Origin: a virus
Lineage: Duplodnaviria > Heunggongvirae > Uroviricota > Caudoviricetes
Reading direction: 5' to 3' (one strand)
IMG/VR virus record: IMGVR_UViG_2563366989_000001
Length of the DNA stretch: 37,433 bases
The position numbers and the translations under genes were made by a program. Every line of letters begins with the position of its first letter. Position 1 is the stretch's first letter. The notes beneath the pieces were generated by a model. The model did no database searches. It saw only the letters and a program-made list of their open reading frames with translations, and was not told the origin of the DNA. Of the stretch, positions 1 through 9,914 are shown one piece after another.

Positions 1-657
1 TTATGAACTATAATAAGTCCTAATCTTTACAGATGAAAGCATAATCTTCCAAGCTTGATCGCTACCCAACCACTCATCGTTGGTTGGTTCATTATCACCA
101 GATACTACATAAGTATCTGGCATATCAAAGTCTATATTGCAAAGGTCTTCTCCTTTGCGCTCCTTAAAAATAAGAAGATCTATTTTTGTTGTTGGGAATT
201 TTTTATCCAAAACACTTCTCAGTTTATACACAGCATCTCGTTCTGCATTCAATCTAACGAGTAAAACACGTTCCGACTCATTGATTTTCTCTATAAATCT
301 TTTTCTTCTCGCCTTTATTTTTTTCATCATATTAAACAAGCAGACTTCAATACCTTGTTTTTCATAGTCATCAATAAGAATATCGTGAATACTTCGAAAT
401 CCAGTCGCTGTATCTGTGATATCAATACAATTTTTAAATCTGCCATTAATTTTTATATTTTCAGGCAAGAAAAGGTGGTCGCACCCCTTATTAATTATTT
501 TTGTAACTTGAGGTAGTTTTTGAGAGGCAAACCAATCAAATGGTCCACTAAATGTCCTCAACCCAAATCGCTTTAACCTTCCTGCTGGTTGACATTTTTT
601 ACCAAGGCTTGCTATAAAATCATACTCTCCACAAGGAAGAAAAAGGCCTTTATTCAT
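1..657 (-). CDS. Hypothetical cargo protein with GPFDW motif, possibly DUF1796-like (recalled family); function unknown
   Basis: ORF 1..693; ATG at 657 has AGGA 7 nt upstream, alternative ATG at 693; stop at 1-3; AT-rich composition unlike the phage core. Confidence 0.5.
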   Translation of the reverse strand: MNKGLFLPCGEYDFIASLGKKCQPAGRLKRFGLRTFSGPFDWFASQKLPQVTKIINKGCDHLFLPENIKINGRFKNCIDITDTATGFRSIHDILIDDYEKQGIEVCLFNMMKKIKARRKRFIEKINESERVLLVRLNAERDAVYKLRSVLDKKFPTTKIDLLIFKERKGEDLCNIDFDMPDTYVVSGDNEPTNDEWLGSDQAWKIMLSSVKIRTYYSS

Positions 658-774
658 ATGATTTTCCTTACATTTTATGACGACAAAAATCATAACATTG
701 CCTTATTAATCAGTCAAACAGTTAACAAAAGCAAACAAACAAGTAAGCACATTGTTGATAATTTGTTTATTTTT

Positions 775-1389
775 ATGTTTTTGTTATCTATACCATTTTT
801 TTCATTTGCTTCTGATACAAACAAAACGCCACCATATCGCATGAGGGAGTCGATGTTTGAGTTATTAAAGGAGCAAAGGGATATTGTTATGCTTGGCGAT
901 AGCATAACCGCGCGAGGAGAGTGGAATGAGCTTCTTCCTAGTTTATCTGTAGCAAATAGGGGCATTGGGGGAGATGAAGTTAAATTTATGAAAAGAAGGA
1001 TTGATTCTATATTTTTATTAAAGCCCAAATATGTATTCATTATGGGCGGAACAAATGATTTCAGAAGAAAAAGAAGTGTTGATGATGTGGTTCGTGACTA
1101 TAAGCATATAATAAAAAAACTACACAAACACAGAATTAATGTATTCATTCAGTCCACCCTTTACGTGTCAAGAGAAAGCAGGTTAAATGACAACATAAAA
1201 ATATTAAAATTAAATAATGCAATAAATAACTATTGCTCTGTATCTAATTATTGTCGTTTCGTAGATCTTAACGTGCACATGGCAAAAGATAGAAAAATAC
1301 TAGCTAAGTATAGCGATGATGGAGTCCATCTAAATGGTAATGGGTATTTAATGTGGGCGTCAATCATATACCCTTTAATTAAAAAATAA
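775..1389 (+). CDS. SGNH/GDSL-family hydrolase (esterase/acyl-modifying enzyme), probably secreted
   Basis: GDS block (MLGDSITA), GGTND block and DGVHLN block in correct order; hydrophobic N-terminus MFLLSIPFFSFA; start uncertain (ATG 775 or ATG 658 in the same frame; the listed 589 start is TTG). Confidence 0.55.
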   Translation: MFLLSIPFFSFASDTNKTPPYRMRESMFELLKEQRDIVMLGDSITARGEWNELLPSLSVANRGIGGDEVKFMKRRIDSIFLLKPKYVFIMGGTNDFRRKRSVDDVVRDYKHIIKKLHKHRINVFIQSTLYVSRESRLNDNIKILKLNNAINNYCSVSNYCRFVDLNVHMAKDRKILAKYSDDGVHLNGNGYLMWASIIYPLIKK

Positions 1390-1396
1390 GAATAGT

Positions 1397-1427
1397 AAAA
1401 AACCATCTCATTATGAGGTGGTTTTTT
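1397..1427. terminator. Bidirectional intrinsic terminator between convergent cargo gene and tailspike gene
   Basis: Hairpin ccatctca/tgaggtgg (one G-U pair) flanked by an A-run upstream and a T-run downstream. Confidence 0.65.
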
Positions 1428-1508
1428 ATATAGAATAAAGCAATAGAGGTTTATTTTATTTGTTTATCATGGCTTAATGCACTAGCACTTTAATTGAAAA
1501 AACTATAT

Positions 1509-3908
1509 TTATTTTAGTATCCATCCGGTATTTCCTGTTCCTGTTTTTTTTTGATACCAATCACCATTATAATCAATGTACATTGACCCCTGAGGTGCGG
1601 TCACAACACCCTCAGGTGAACCGGAGCCTCTATAAATTCCAAAGAGAGTTGTACCTCTTACTTTCTCGTATGCAAACAACAAACCATCTGAAGCCCTTCT
1701 GATACGCAACGGTTCGTGCTCTGAGTCCGATGCAAATGTAGTGGTGCCGTTTGAATCTGTTTCCCTGGAAAAACTTCCATCTGTTCTTGTTCCTTCAATG
1801 ATCGAATTTGGGTAGTTTGGATCATCAGATGAATGTAACCTAATATAGGAACTATTTGATGCTGATACCCCCCTCCCCCTTAAAATCAATCCCTTAAATG
1901 ATGACGTAAATAGTGCCTGGATTGAGCCATAAACAGTGTTATCACTACCGTTTTGCTGATCGTATATTCTTAGTCTTGAGCTATTATCATACATAATAGC
2001 GTCGAAGTACTCACCAAGACGTTCGCTAAATGCAACAATATTAAAAGCATTGCGCCATCTAAATGATATATTTCGCCCGCTTTCTCCGGCATCTACACCT
2101 GCATTACTTGAAGCATTGGTTATGCCAGAATTAAGGTTCTGCTCATCGTTGTTACCAGTCGCTGGTCGTATAGAGTAAATTGTCTTTTTCTCAAGAGAAT
2201 AGCTACTTCCCCATCCATAATCTGTATCAGGACTCCAGTCTCCAGAATTTGCATCCTTGGTTGTTTCCACCCAATAAGAGCCATTTGATGGAGGAACACC
2301 AATTATTCCAGAAGTCTCAATAGATGATGCAGCCCATCTTCTTCCACGCCAGTTTACAATATTAGCTCCTGCCCTCCATGTTTCTATGCAGCTTATAATT
2401 ATTTCTTCGCCACGAATAGTTAAACCTTCCGGCTCGAATCTGGCTGGATTCCCAAGAGTTGGATGGTTAAGCAACCCATCGCGCCCATATTGCGACCTTG
2501 CATCATCGATATCTAATTTTCTTAGTAAATTACCTGTTAAATCATATGTAAAGATATGATGCTTTCCAAAAGCATTAGTGCCTCCCTTAAGTATATGTAT
2601 ATATCTTCCATCAGACGCAATACCTTGTACAGAGTAAGCGCCTTCAGAAGGTGAGTCGCTCATTTCCCAAACAAACATGGGGTTTGCTAATGTTTTATCT
2701 TCAAGTTTATCAATTGATATTTTATCGTATATAAATACAGTTCGTTTAGCGGCATCACTCTTTGGTGTATTAACCATTATTAAAAGACGACCGTCAGAAG
2801 AAATGGCAATTCCTGCACGATTGTAATCTTGAAATGGGTGACCGCTACCAGTAATCCCCCATACATTATAACTTTTTACGTCAGACTGAGTTGTTCCTGC
2901 CCCTCGCCAAGTTATTTTACTAAACCCTTTGCCTGCAGACTCCCCATCTTCACCTGAATTGGTTACACTTGATGTATATAAATATACTTGACCATTCTCC
3001 ACCATGGCAGAAAGATCAAATCCGTGCCCAAGGTTTAATTCTGGAGAATACGCAACATGGTTTACTACCCTTCCATCATCATAAAGATTAAACTCAACAA
3101 TACGAACTCTTTCTTTATCCGACCAGGTTGGCCCAACAGGCCGTTGTGTGACAAATAGTTTTTCAATGCCATTAACACGGCAATATGCGATCCCCTGTAA
3201 CGCATTTCTGGCATTAGGATAAATTTCTGTGTTTGTTTCTCCCTGAAAACCAAAAAAAGGTTCCATCATTTTTCTCTGCGCAAGTTTGTCAGTTTCAAGT
3301 AGACGAGAAACGGAAATAAGAGAGCCATTATCTGCAACAATCCTCCCAATACCTCGAGCAGAAGATACATCAACTTCGAGAGTATTTACTGCAAAATCGC
3401 CATCAGGAACAAACATTCTATAGCCTGCGTTAGAGAATGCCTCAGTAGCGTCAGTTATTCCATCACTGATAGCCCCCCAACCGCGAACATCTTTGTCATC
3501 ACGCCATCGTGCAATCTGCAATTCGGGATATTTTTTAGCACCATCCGGGTCTTCTAACTGCTGCCGTAGCTGATCCGGGTCATACTTCAGCACATTAGGG
3601 AAATAGAACTGCTGAGTGCCATATGCATCATATACAGCCATAGAATGGCCTTGAACAGTTACGAATTTGGCAATCTGCCCGTTATATACCGGATATCCAG
3701 CAGCGTTAATGATGATTGGCTGCGAAACAGGAACATGAGAGCCGTCTTCGTTCTCTACATAAACCTGAATCTGGTTTTCTGGACTTACCGGGTCAGTGTC
3801 AATTTTTCCGATATAAATTTTGCCGTTGGCTACTGCTTTAAAAGAACGCGCCATAGTGAAGAGTTGCGAAGGCATACTCACTACAACATTGGCTGTAATG
3901 TCTGTCAT
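1509..3908 (-). CDS. Tailspike protein: P22 gp9-like N-terminal particle-binding domain fused to a divergent receptor-binding/enzymatic domain
   Basis: First ~110 aa ([11 protein letters not shown]...[12 protein letters not shown]...[13 protein letters not shown]) match the P22 tailspike head-binding domain as recalled; the remainder does not resemble the P22 endorhamnosidase. Confidence 0.85.
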   Translation of the reverse strand: MTDITANVVVSMPSQLFTMARSFKAVANGKIYIGKIDTDPVSPENQIQVYVENEDGSHVPVSQPIIINAAGYPVYNGQIAKFVTVQGHSMAVYDAYGTQQFYFPNVLKYDPDQLRQQLEDPDGAKKYPELQIARWRDDKDVRGWGAISDGITDATEAFSNAGYRMFVPDGDFAVNTLEVDVSSARGIGRIVADNGSLISVSRLLETDKLAQRKMMEPFFGFQGETNTEIYPNARNALQGIAYCRVNGIEKLFVTQRPVGPTWSDKERVRIVEFNLYDDGRVVNHVAYSPELNLGHGFDLSAMVENGQVYLYTSSVTNSGEDGESAGKGFSKITWRGAGTTQSDVKSYNVWGITGSGHPFQDYNRAGIAISSDGRLLIMVNTPKSDAAKRTVFIYDKISIDKLEDKTLANPMFVWEMSDSPSEGAYSVQGIASDGRYIHILKGGTNAFGKHHIFTYDLTGNLLRKLDIDDARSQYGRDGLLNHPTLGNPARFEPEGLTIRGEEIIISCIETWRAGANIVNWRGRRWAASSIETSGIIGVPPSNGSYWVETTKDANSGDWSPDTDYGWGSSYSLEKKTIYSIRPATGNNDEQNLNSGITNASSNAGVDAGESGRNISFRWRNAFNIVAFSERLGEYFDAIMYDNSSRLRIYDQQNGSDNTVYGSIQALFTSSFKGLILRGRGVSASNSSYIRLHSSDDPNYPNSIIEGTRTDGSFSRETDSNGTTTFASDSEHEPLRIRRASDGLLFAYEKVRGTTLFGIYRGSGSPEGVVTAPQGSMYIDYNGDWYQKKTGTGNTGWILK

Positions 3909-4072
3909 TTAATTTTCTCCAGACGTAGCAATGCGGAACAAGATGCAACTTGCCCGGCATTGCATTAATGTAAGTTATGATTTGTTAACTATGAGATGAG
4001 TCTATGCAAAAAGATCAGTTGAATATTGCGTTCTATATATTTGGTTTTTGCACATTTCTGGTGTTTGCAAAG

Positions 4073-6466
4073 CTATTCTGACAACGAATCAGACTTAGCC
4101 CCCTGCGTCAGAGCGTTAATTGCCTTTTGTGCCTGCTGCATTGCTTTCTCAAAGGCTGTTGATCCGCGTGGGGTGTTTGCCATTCTGAGCATTGCATTTC
4201 TGAATGGTTCGCTCTCATAGGCGCGAGTAAGAAGTCCGTAGCTTACTGCTGCGCCAGTTGTCGCCGGGTTCATTGCCGTCCCATACCCGATAATGAACGG
4301 GATGGTTTGCTGCCCTGTGGGTGTTGTTACTGCCGCTTTTGCTGCCTGCTGAGTGGACTGAAGGTAATTTTTCAATCCTTTCAGATAAGCAGCATCCTGC
4401 CCCTTAAATGTGATGCCAGTCTGGTTTTGCAGGATGTTAAGCTGCCGAAGGAACTGGTCAGGGGATCCGCCAGATTTCTCCATCGCCTTTCCAATGATGC
4501 CATTGCGCATTTGCGCCCTGCCAACACGACCAACTGAGTTATACAGCGTCTTAATTTCCGATTTGTTCTTGCTGAATAGCATGTTGTTGACAATTTCCGG
4601 TGTCAGGTCGCCTTTCATGAGAACATTCTTCAGCCTGGTATTCTTTAGTTTCGCCGCTTCGTCAGCGTAGACGGCATTGGCCTGCTGATATTTACGGAGA
4701 GTATCGTTGCCAAGATTATGACCAATGGCACCATTGATATCGTCGGTCATCGCCTTGTAAACGCGCTGAATGGCAGCATCGGAACGGTTTGGTAACACTG
4801 GTCGCTCACCCTTCACGTCCATTCTGAACTGACTGCGCAGGTCGCTTAATTGCTTCAAATCCAGATTTACCGGACCATCAGGGCCAGCATTGCGAACAAG
4901 CTCATCATGATATGACTGAAGTTTTGAAATTGTCTCGTTATCAGCAACCTTACCAAGCTTCTTCAGATTAGATATCTCAGTATCAATCTGCTGAATTGCT
5001 CGCGCAGGCTGGATATTGACTCCCGCCATTGCATTCTGAACCTGCTCAAGACGGTTCCCTGCAGCACGACGAATTCCTGATGTTTTCGCTTTAAGGCTGT
5101 CAATAACAACAGCTGGATCATACTCACCGAATTTATCAGCAAATCTCTGCACCAACTGGCTTCTCGCTTCCTGTTGCGTTGCTCTCATTCCGCTTGTGCC
5201 AGCCAGGGGGATATTTTCTGCTGTCGTTTGCGCCATTTTTCCGACGCGGGAAGTAGGCTGTAACAGGTCTGTGGTGTGCAGAGGCACTCCTTCACGCTCT
5301 GCAAATCTGATAGCTTGCTGCGCTTCTGGCGCGATAGCACCACGAACGCCACGATAAGCAGCACCTAATCCACGTCCGGCAGCGTTAATAGCACCGCCAG
5401 CAAGTACACCAACGCCTAAATCGGTGGCGAGTGCTTCCGCATCATCTTTCGCACTATTTGCAGCAAGTGATCCAACTGCGTTTTCTGCTAGAAGGCGAGT
5501 TGCCCCCTGAGCAATTCGACCAGCAAGTGTTGGTGCCTGTGTTGCCGCTCTCTCAATGCCAGCAGGAGTGAGGTAAGGCAATGCTTCAGCAAATACCCTT
5601 CCCTCTGTCGTTTGTGGAGTCAGCGCGCCTTGCTTAAGTCCAAAGTCTTGCTCTAATCCCTGCGTTGTTACTCGTGGTGCTGGTTGATATGTACCATCGC
5701 CAATACCGAGTTTACCGCCAGCCCAAGCCGCCGCGCTTGTTACAGCATCAGTGAGTTCAGCAGGTATGTTCGCTACGTTGATTCCTGCCTGTAGTAAGCC
5801 GCGCCCGGTTTCAGCAAGTCCATTACCAAGGTCATACATTATTCCGCCTTGCTGCTGAACAGGTTTCGGTGCGACAGAACTTACGGGTTGAGGTGGCTGC
5901 TGACTGGCTGCCTGCTGCTCAATCTGAGCAAATGGATTATTTGGGTCTGACTGCACGCCTGATGCCGATACTTGTTCGGATGACTGTGCTTCCAGTTGTG
6001 CAAACGGGTTGTTAGGGTCTTGCTGAGGATGTACCTTTGCAGAGGTGGCGCGCTGTTCGACTGTTGAGTCTGTCACCGGGTCACCCGCCCATTGAGCAAA
6101 GCGATCATCAACGTAACCGCGGCCTTCAGGTCCTGGCGTATATTCGCCACGCTTTGCCTTCATAACGTTGCCGGGACCGTCGTGATAAGCCTGAAGAGCG
6201 TCACGCCAGTTACCAAACTGCTGGTACATCTTTGCCAGATAGCGCGCGCCAGCGTCAGCCTGATATTCGGGGTTTTGCATTTGCTCATCGGTATAACCCA
6301 TATCACGCCATGTCCCAGGCATGACCTGAGTCAACCCTACAGCCCCGGCGGAGCTTACTGCGGCAGGGTTGTAAGAAGACTCCTTGGCACCCAGTGCAGT
6401 CATCAACCCTTCTGGCACACCGTAACGTGCGCCAGCCTGCTCTAACAAATCACGGTAATTAGCCAT
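4073..6466 (-). CDS. Ejection (injection) protein in the gp16 position, with an N-terminal SLT-type lytic transglycosylase domain
   Basis: 797 aa; N-terminal GVPEGLMTALGAKESSYNPAAVSSAGAVGLTQVMPGTW transglycosylase motif; last of three ejection genes before the tailspike. Confidence 0.75.
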   Translation of the reverse strand: MANYRDLLEQAGARYGVPEGLMTALGAKESSYNPAAVSSAGAVGLTQVMPGTWRDMGYTDEQMQNPEYQADAGARYLAKMYQQFGNWRDALQAYHDGPGNVMKAKRGEYTPGPEGRGYVDDRFAQWAGDPVTDSTVEQRATSAKVHPQQDPNNPFAQLEAQSSEQVSASGVQSDPNNPFAQIEQQAASQQPPQPVSSVAPKPVQQQGGIMYDLGNGLAETGRGLLQAGINVANIPAELTDAVTSAAAWAGGKLGIGDGTYQPAPRVTTQGLEQDFGLKQGALTPQTTEGRVFAEALPYLTPAGIERAATQAPTLAGRIAQGATRLLAENAVGSLAANSAKDDAEALATDLGVGVLAGGAINAAGRGLGAAYRGVRGAIAPEAQQAIRFAEREGVPLHTTDLLQPTSRVGKMAQTTAENIPLAGTSGMRATQQEARSQLVQRFADKFGEYDPAVVIDSLKAKTSGIRRAAGNRLEQVQNAMAGVNIQPARAIQQIDTEISNLKKLGKVADNETISKLQSYHDELVRNAGPDGPVNLDLKQLSDLRSQFRMDVKGERPVLPNRSDAAIQRVYKAMTDDINGAIGHNLGNDTLRKYQQANAVYADEAAKLKNTRLKNVLMKGDLTPEIVNNMLFSKNKSEIKTLYNSVGRVGRAQMRNGIIGKAMEKSGGSPDQFLRQLNILQNQTGITFKGQDAAYLKGLKNYLQSTQQAAKAAVTTPTGQQTIPFIIGYGTAMNPATTGAAVSYGLLTRAYESEPFRNAMLRMANTPRGSTAFEKAMQQAQKAINALTQGAKSDSLSE

Positions 6467-7798
6467 TTACTGCCCCAAAGATGGAAGATATCCGTAGCGA
6501 TTAATGAAGTCGATTGACAGCTCGGGGTGCTGCTTCAGGTAATCTATAGAAGCCTGAGGCGCTTCCACTCGCTTGATGCCGTTTTGCTGAACGTACTTAC
6601 CAACCGCCTCATTACGCTTCTGGTTGAGCGTGTTCAGAATGACGCCAGCGTTGCGACGAAAGGACTCCTCGCTCTGCGAGTTCTGCAGCGAACCAACAGC
6701 CTGGTCGAGCTTTTTGCCCTCGGCATCAGAAAGTGCGCCCATGCCTCGCATGGCCTGAACCGCTGTCAGGTATGCTTGTGATTTAAAGGTATCAAGTCGT
6801 GCCTGAGTGTCTGCAGCCTGTGAGCCTGGAACGTTGGGGATTACTCCACGTAAGCCTGTAATGCTCTTAAGTGAAGGAGAACTAACGATATCGTTCAGAG
6901 TGAACATGCTGGTTGTGAGGGTGTTGATGCCGTCTTTGTAGCCATCATTTAGCGCTTGCTGCTTCTGCTGCAACTGCTGGTTGTTGGCTGCTATGCGGCT
7001 CTGTATTTCCTGGCGCTTCAGGTCGTTAGTTTCTGCTGATAGCATCCGGTCAAGGCGCTTATTTTCGTTGTTAATGCGGTTTGTTTCTGCGTCCAGATTA
7101 ATGCGCTGCTGACCTAAATTCGCCTGGATATCTTGTCCGCGCATTGTGATTGCCTGATTCCGAGCGGCGGTTTGCGAATCCAGATCCTGACCGCGCATGG
7201 TAACCTGGCGACCCTGCATTTTATCCTGTAGGTCAAAGTATTTTTCGGGCCCGAGACTGTTCATCCCTAGGTGATCGACAAATTCGCCGAACTGCCGCGG
7301 GTTCTGTTGGTACATCTGAGCGACGTCATGAGGATTAACGCCAACACGAGCTAACTCACCGGCGTTGTTTTGCAGCCATGATTGCATTGCTTCTGGAGAC
7401 GATGACGCAAGGCGTGCGCCAGCCGCTAAGGTGCCGATAGAATTACGCTGATCTTCATCAATGAATCCCATGCCTTTACGAACGGATTCAATCTGGTCTG
7501 GATATTGAGTAGCCAACTGACGCAAGGCACCGCGATCACCAGACGCATAAGCATTAGCGTATGCCTGCTGAAATTCTTTCTGCCGCTGAGCCTGCTTTTC
7601 CTGCTGAAAAACACTCGCTATACCTGAAAGACCTTGCAAAGCAGTCAGCCCAACATTGTTAGCGCCTGAACGCTCAAAATCATTGTTCTGCCTGATAAGC
7701 TGAAGCGTATTGCCGATGTCATTTACGCTAGGAGCGTTTGAGTTGACGCCACCGATACCAGCCAACAATCCGCCATTTGATCCTTGCCAAGTAGCCAT
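6467..7798 (-). CDS. Ejection protein (P22 gp20 position)
   Basis: 443 aa, Q/N-rich with coiled-coil character; conserved order gp7-gp20-gp16 upstream of the tailspike. Confidence 0.65.
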   Translation of the reverse strand: MATWQGSNGGLLAGIGGVNSNAPSVNDIGNTLQLIRQNNDFERSGANNVGLTALQGLSGIASVFQQEKQAQRQKEFQQAYANAYASGDRGALRQLATQYPDQIESVRKGMGFIDEDQRNSIGTLAAGARLASSSPEAMQSWLQNNAGELARVGVNPHDVAQMYQQNPRQFGEFVDHLGMNSLGPEKYFDLQDKMQGRQVTMRGQDLDSQTAARNQAITMRGQDIQANLGQQRINLDAETNRINNENKRLDRMLSAETNDLKRQEIQSRIAANNQQLQQKQQALNDGYKDGINTLTTSMFTLNDIVSSPSLKSITGLRGVIPNVPGSQAADTQARLDTFKSQAYLTAVQAMRGMGALSDAEGKKLDQAVGSLQNSQSEESFRRNAGVILNTLNQKRNEAVGKYVQQNGIKRVEAPQASIDYLKQHPELSIDFINRYGYLPSLGQ

Positions 7799-7807
7799 GA
7801 TTACCCC

Positions 7808-8503
7808 TTAAAACAACGAGCCAAGCAGGCCAAGCCCGCCACCAATTGCCGCTCCTAATCCAGTACCAAGTCCGGGAACAATAGAGCCAAGAGCAGCGCC
7901 AGTCATAGCCCCTGAAGCTCCGCCGCTAATTGCTGTCTGAAGACCTGATGGTTTATTGGCATTAGCAGCGGCAAGAGCCGCACTTTGCTGCGAAATCTGA
8001 CTCATGTTGTTGGCATATGTCTGCCCGGCGTTTGCCTGACCTTGCAGTGCGCCAAGACCAATATTTGCCAGATTCTGGTAGTTGTTCATCTGACCAGACA
8101 GCCACTGCTGACCAAGCGTTGGTGCGATTGTTGCTAACTGATTACCGGTTGCAGTGGAACCCAATCCACCTGTTGCTTCCGCTGCAGCCAGACTCTGATA
8201 GCGAGCCTGACCAGCAAGATCTTTGTACTGCTGAGAGTTGTAATACTGGTTAAGTGCCTGACCTTGCCCATGAAGAGAGGAAAGATTCTGCAATTGTGAT
8301 ACGTACTGCTGAGCGAGTGGCGTGAACGGAGCAAGGTTTTTCATGATCGTCTGCCACTGCTTATTCTGCAGGTCTGCGGCATACTTCTGAGCTTCTGCGG
8401 CATACTTTGCGCTTTTATCAGAACTGCCACCTTTCCCGCCTTTTTCAGGGCAATAAGGTTCCTCGCCGCGCAGTTTTCTGCCCAGCGTAAATGCATATAA
8501 CAT
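7808..8503 (-). CDS. Ejection protein (P22 gp7 position)
   Basis: 231 aa (P22 gp7 about 229 aa), Gly/Ala-rich C-terminus; synteny. Confidence 0.6.
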   Translation of the reverse strand: MLYAFTLGRKLRGEEPYCPEKGGKGGSSDKSAKYAAEAQKYAADLQNKQWQTIMKNLAPFTPLAQQYVSQLQNLSSLHGQGQALNQYYNSQQYKDLAGQARYQSLAAAEATGGLGSTATGNQLATIAPTLGQQWLSGQMNNYQNLANIGLGALQGQANAGQTYANNMSQISQQSAALAAANANKPSGLQTAISGGASGAMTGAALGSIVPGLGTGLGAAIGGGLGLLGSLF

Positions 8504-8505
8504 GG

Positions 8506-8961
8506 CTATCTCCCGTGATTCAGGAAGTCGATTAGTTCTTCGCGTGTGGCGCTGTAAAACGTCACGTCATCCACGCCTTTGAAGTATTTCTTGATGGTTC
8601 CTACACGCTTAAGGCCAATCATTGCGCAGTACATCTGCCCGTGGCGGAATTTGCGTGCAGCAAATGATGTGACGCACTGAACGGTGGTGTTGGTCAGAAT
8701 GTATCGCCAGAACGCCAGCCCGATTTCCTTGCTGAAGCCGCGAATCTCTGGCAGGTACATGGCGTGGCAATCGAGGGTCAGCGGCTGAATCTCCTGATAG
8801 TAAACAATGCCGCCGAACTGCCCGTGCACGTTCACCTCAAAGTAACGGCATTCAGGCTTGTAGTCGTATCCATCACCGTTGTTGCTTCCGGCAATAATGT
8901 CAGGGTGATTTCCGACTGCTTCGATCAGGTCGATGTTTCGCGTTGGTTTGAACTGAATCAT
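8506..8961 (-). CDS. Virion-associated protein in the P22 gp14 position
   Basis: 151-aa ORF between tail needle and ejection genes; assignment by synteny only. Confidence 0.45.
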   Translation of the reverse strand: MIQFKPTRNIDLIEAVGNHPDIIAGSNNGDGYDYKPECRYFEVNVHGQFGGIVYYQEIQPLTLDCHAMYLPEIRGFSKEIGLAFWRYILTNTTVQCVTSFAARKFRHGQMYCAMIGLKRVGTIKKYFKGVDDVTFYSATREELIDFLNHGR

Positions 8962-9914
8962 TACTGCTCCGCGATTATCTTGATGGTTGTGGCAGTAAAC
9001 GACGCACCATTCGACTGAATGGTTAACGTGCTGCCATTTGTGGCAAGAAAGCCGTCTTTATCCACGCTGAAGAACGTAGCTAACAGGATGTTGTCGGTTG
9101 TTGTCACCGCATTACGACTGCTAACCAACGTGTCAGGAACAGAACCGGACAAGGTTAGCTGCATTGACCTGTTAGCGGTTCCGCTGGGCCACGTCCCGAC
9201 GATCGACAGCTTGAAGAACAAGGTTTTGTTCTCGTTGAACACAACCATCTTGTTGTTAACGGTGTCGAAGAATGGTGCCAACGTTCCGGATGACGGCGTG
9301 AGCGTTTTCAGCAGGCTAACAAGGTTAGTCGGCGCTGTCGGGATGGTTACAGATACTCCTGAGTAAACAACCTCTGATTTCTTGCGCGTGGTGGCATACT
9401 CAAGCGCAGATATTCTTGTTGAGTGATCACCAACTGTGCTTTGTAGCGTCGAAATACTTCCTTCTGCCGCTGTGAGCCTGGTATCAAGTGCGTCGATATC
9501 GGTTTTATTCTGAGTTATGCGCGCATCATGGTTTGCTAACTCAGATTCATTGGCAGCAATTCGTGTCTCGTGATCAGCCAGCTCTGTTTCAGCAGCCGTA
9601 ATCCTTGTTTCATGATCTGCAAGAGTGCTTTCCGCTGCTGCAATTCTATGTTCATGATTGATGAGAGTTGCTTCAGCAGCTTCAATTCTGGATTCATGGT
9701 CTGCAAGGGTGACATCCTGCTCATCATTCTTCACCTGTGCATCATAAGCCCCCTTCCCTGCTTCGTTGGCCTTGTTAGCCACGTTACCAACATCAGTGCC
9801 CTGTGCGATAACGTACAGCAGATATGACTGCGAGAAGATATTGCGCGGAAGGACTGATGTGTCGAGCCGCGTAGCCTGGATGATTACCGGCTCATTGAGA
9901 TTCGAATCAGCCAT
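8961..9914 (-). CDS. Tail needle protein (P22 gp26/Sf6-type) with repeated coiled-coil segment and C-terminal knob
   Basis: Tandem repeats of about 14 aa ([12 protein letters not shown] variants); 317 aa, longer than P22 gp26, consistent with a knob domain. Confidence 0.7.
   Translation of the reverse strand: MADSNLNEPVIIQATRLDTSVLPRNIFSQSYLLYVIAQGTDVGNVANKANEAGKGAYDAQVKNDEQDVTLADHESRIEAAEATLINHEHRIAAAESTLADHETRITAAETELADHETRIAANESELANHDARITQNKTDIDALDTRLTAAEGSISTLQSTVGDHSTRISALEYATTRKKSEVVYSGVSVTIPTAPTNLVSLLKTLTPSSGTLAPFFDTVNNKMVVFNENKTLFFKLSIVGTWPSGTANRSMQLTLSGSVPDTLVSSRNAVTTTDNILLATFFSVDKDGFLATNGSTLTIQSNGASFTATTIKIIAEQ

Noticed and set aside
589-774. TTG-initiated N-terminal extension of the SGNH hydrolase ORF
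   Set aside because: It would overlap the divergent gene's start and leave no intergenic promoter space; an internal ATG is more likely, though the exact start remains uncertain.
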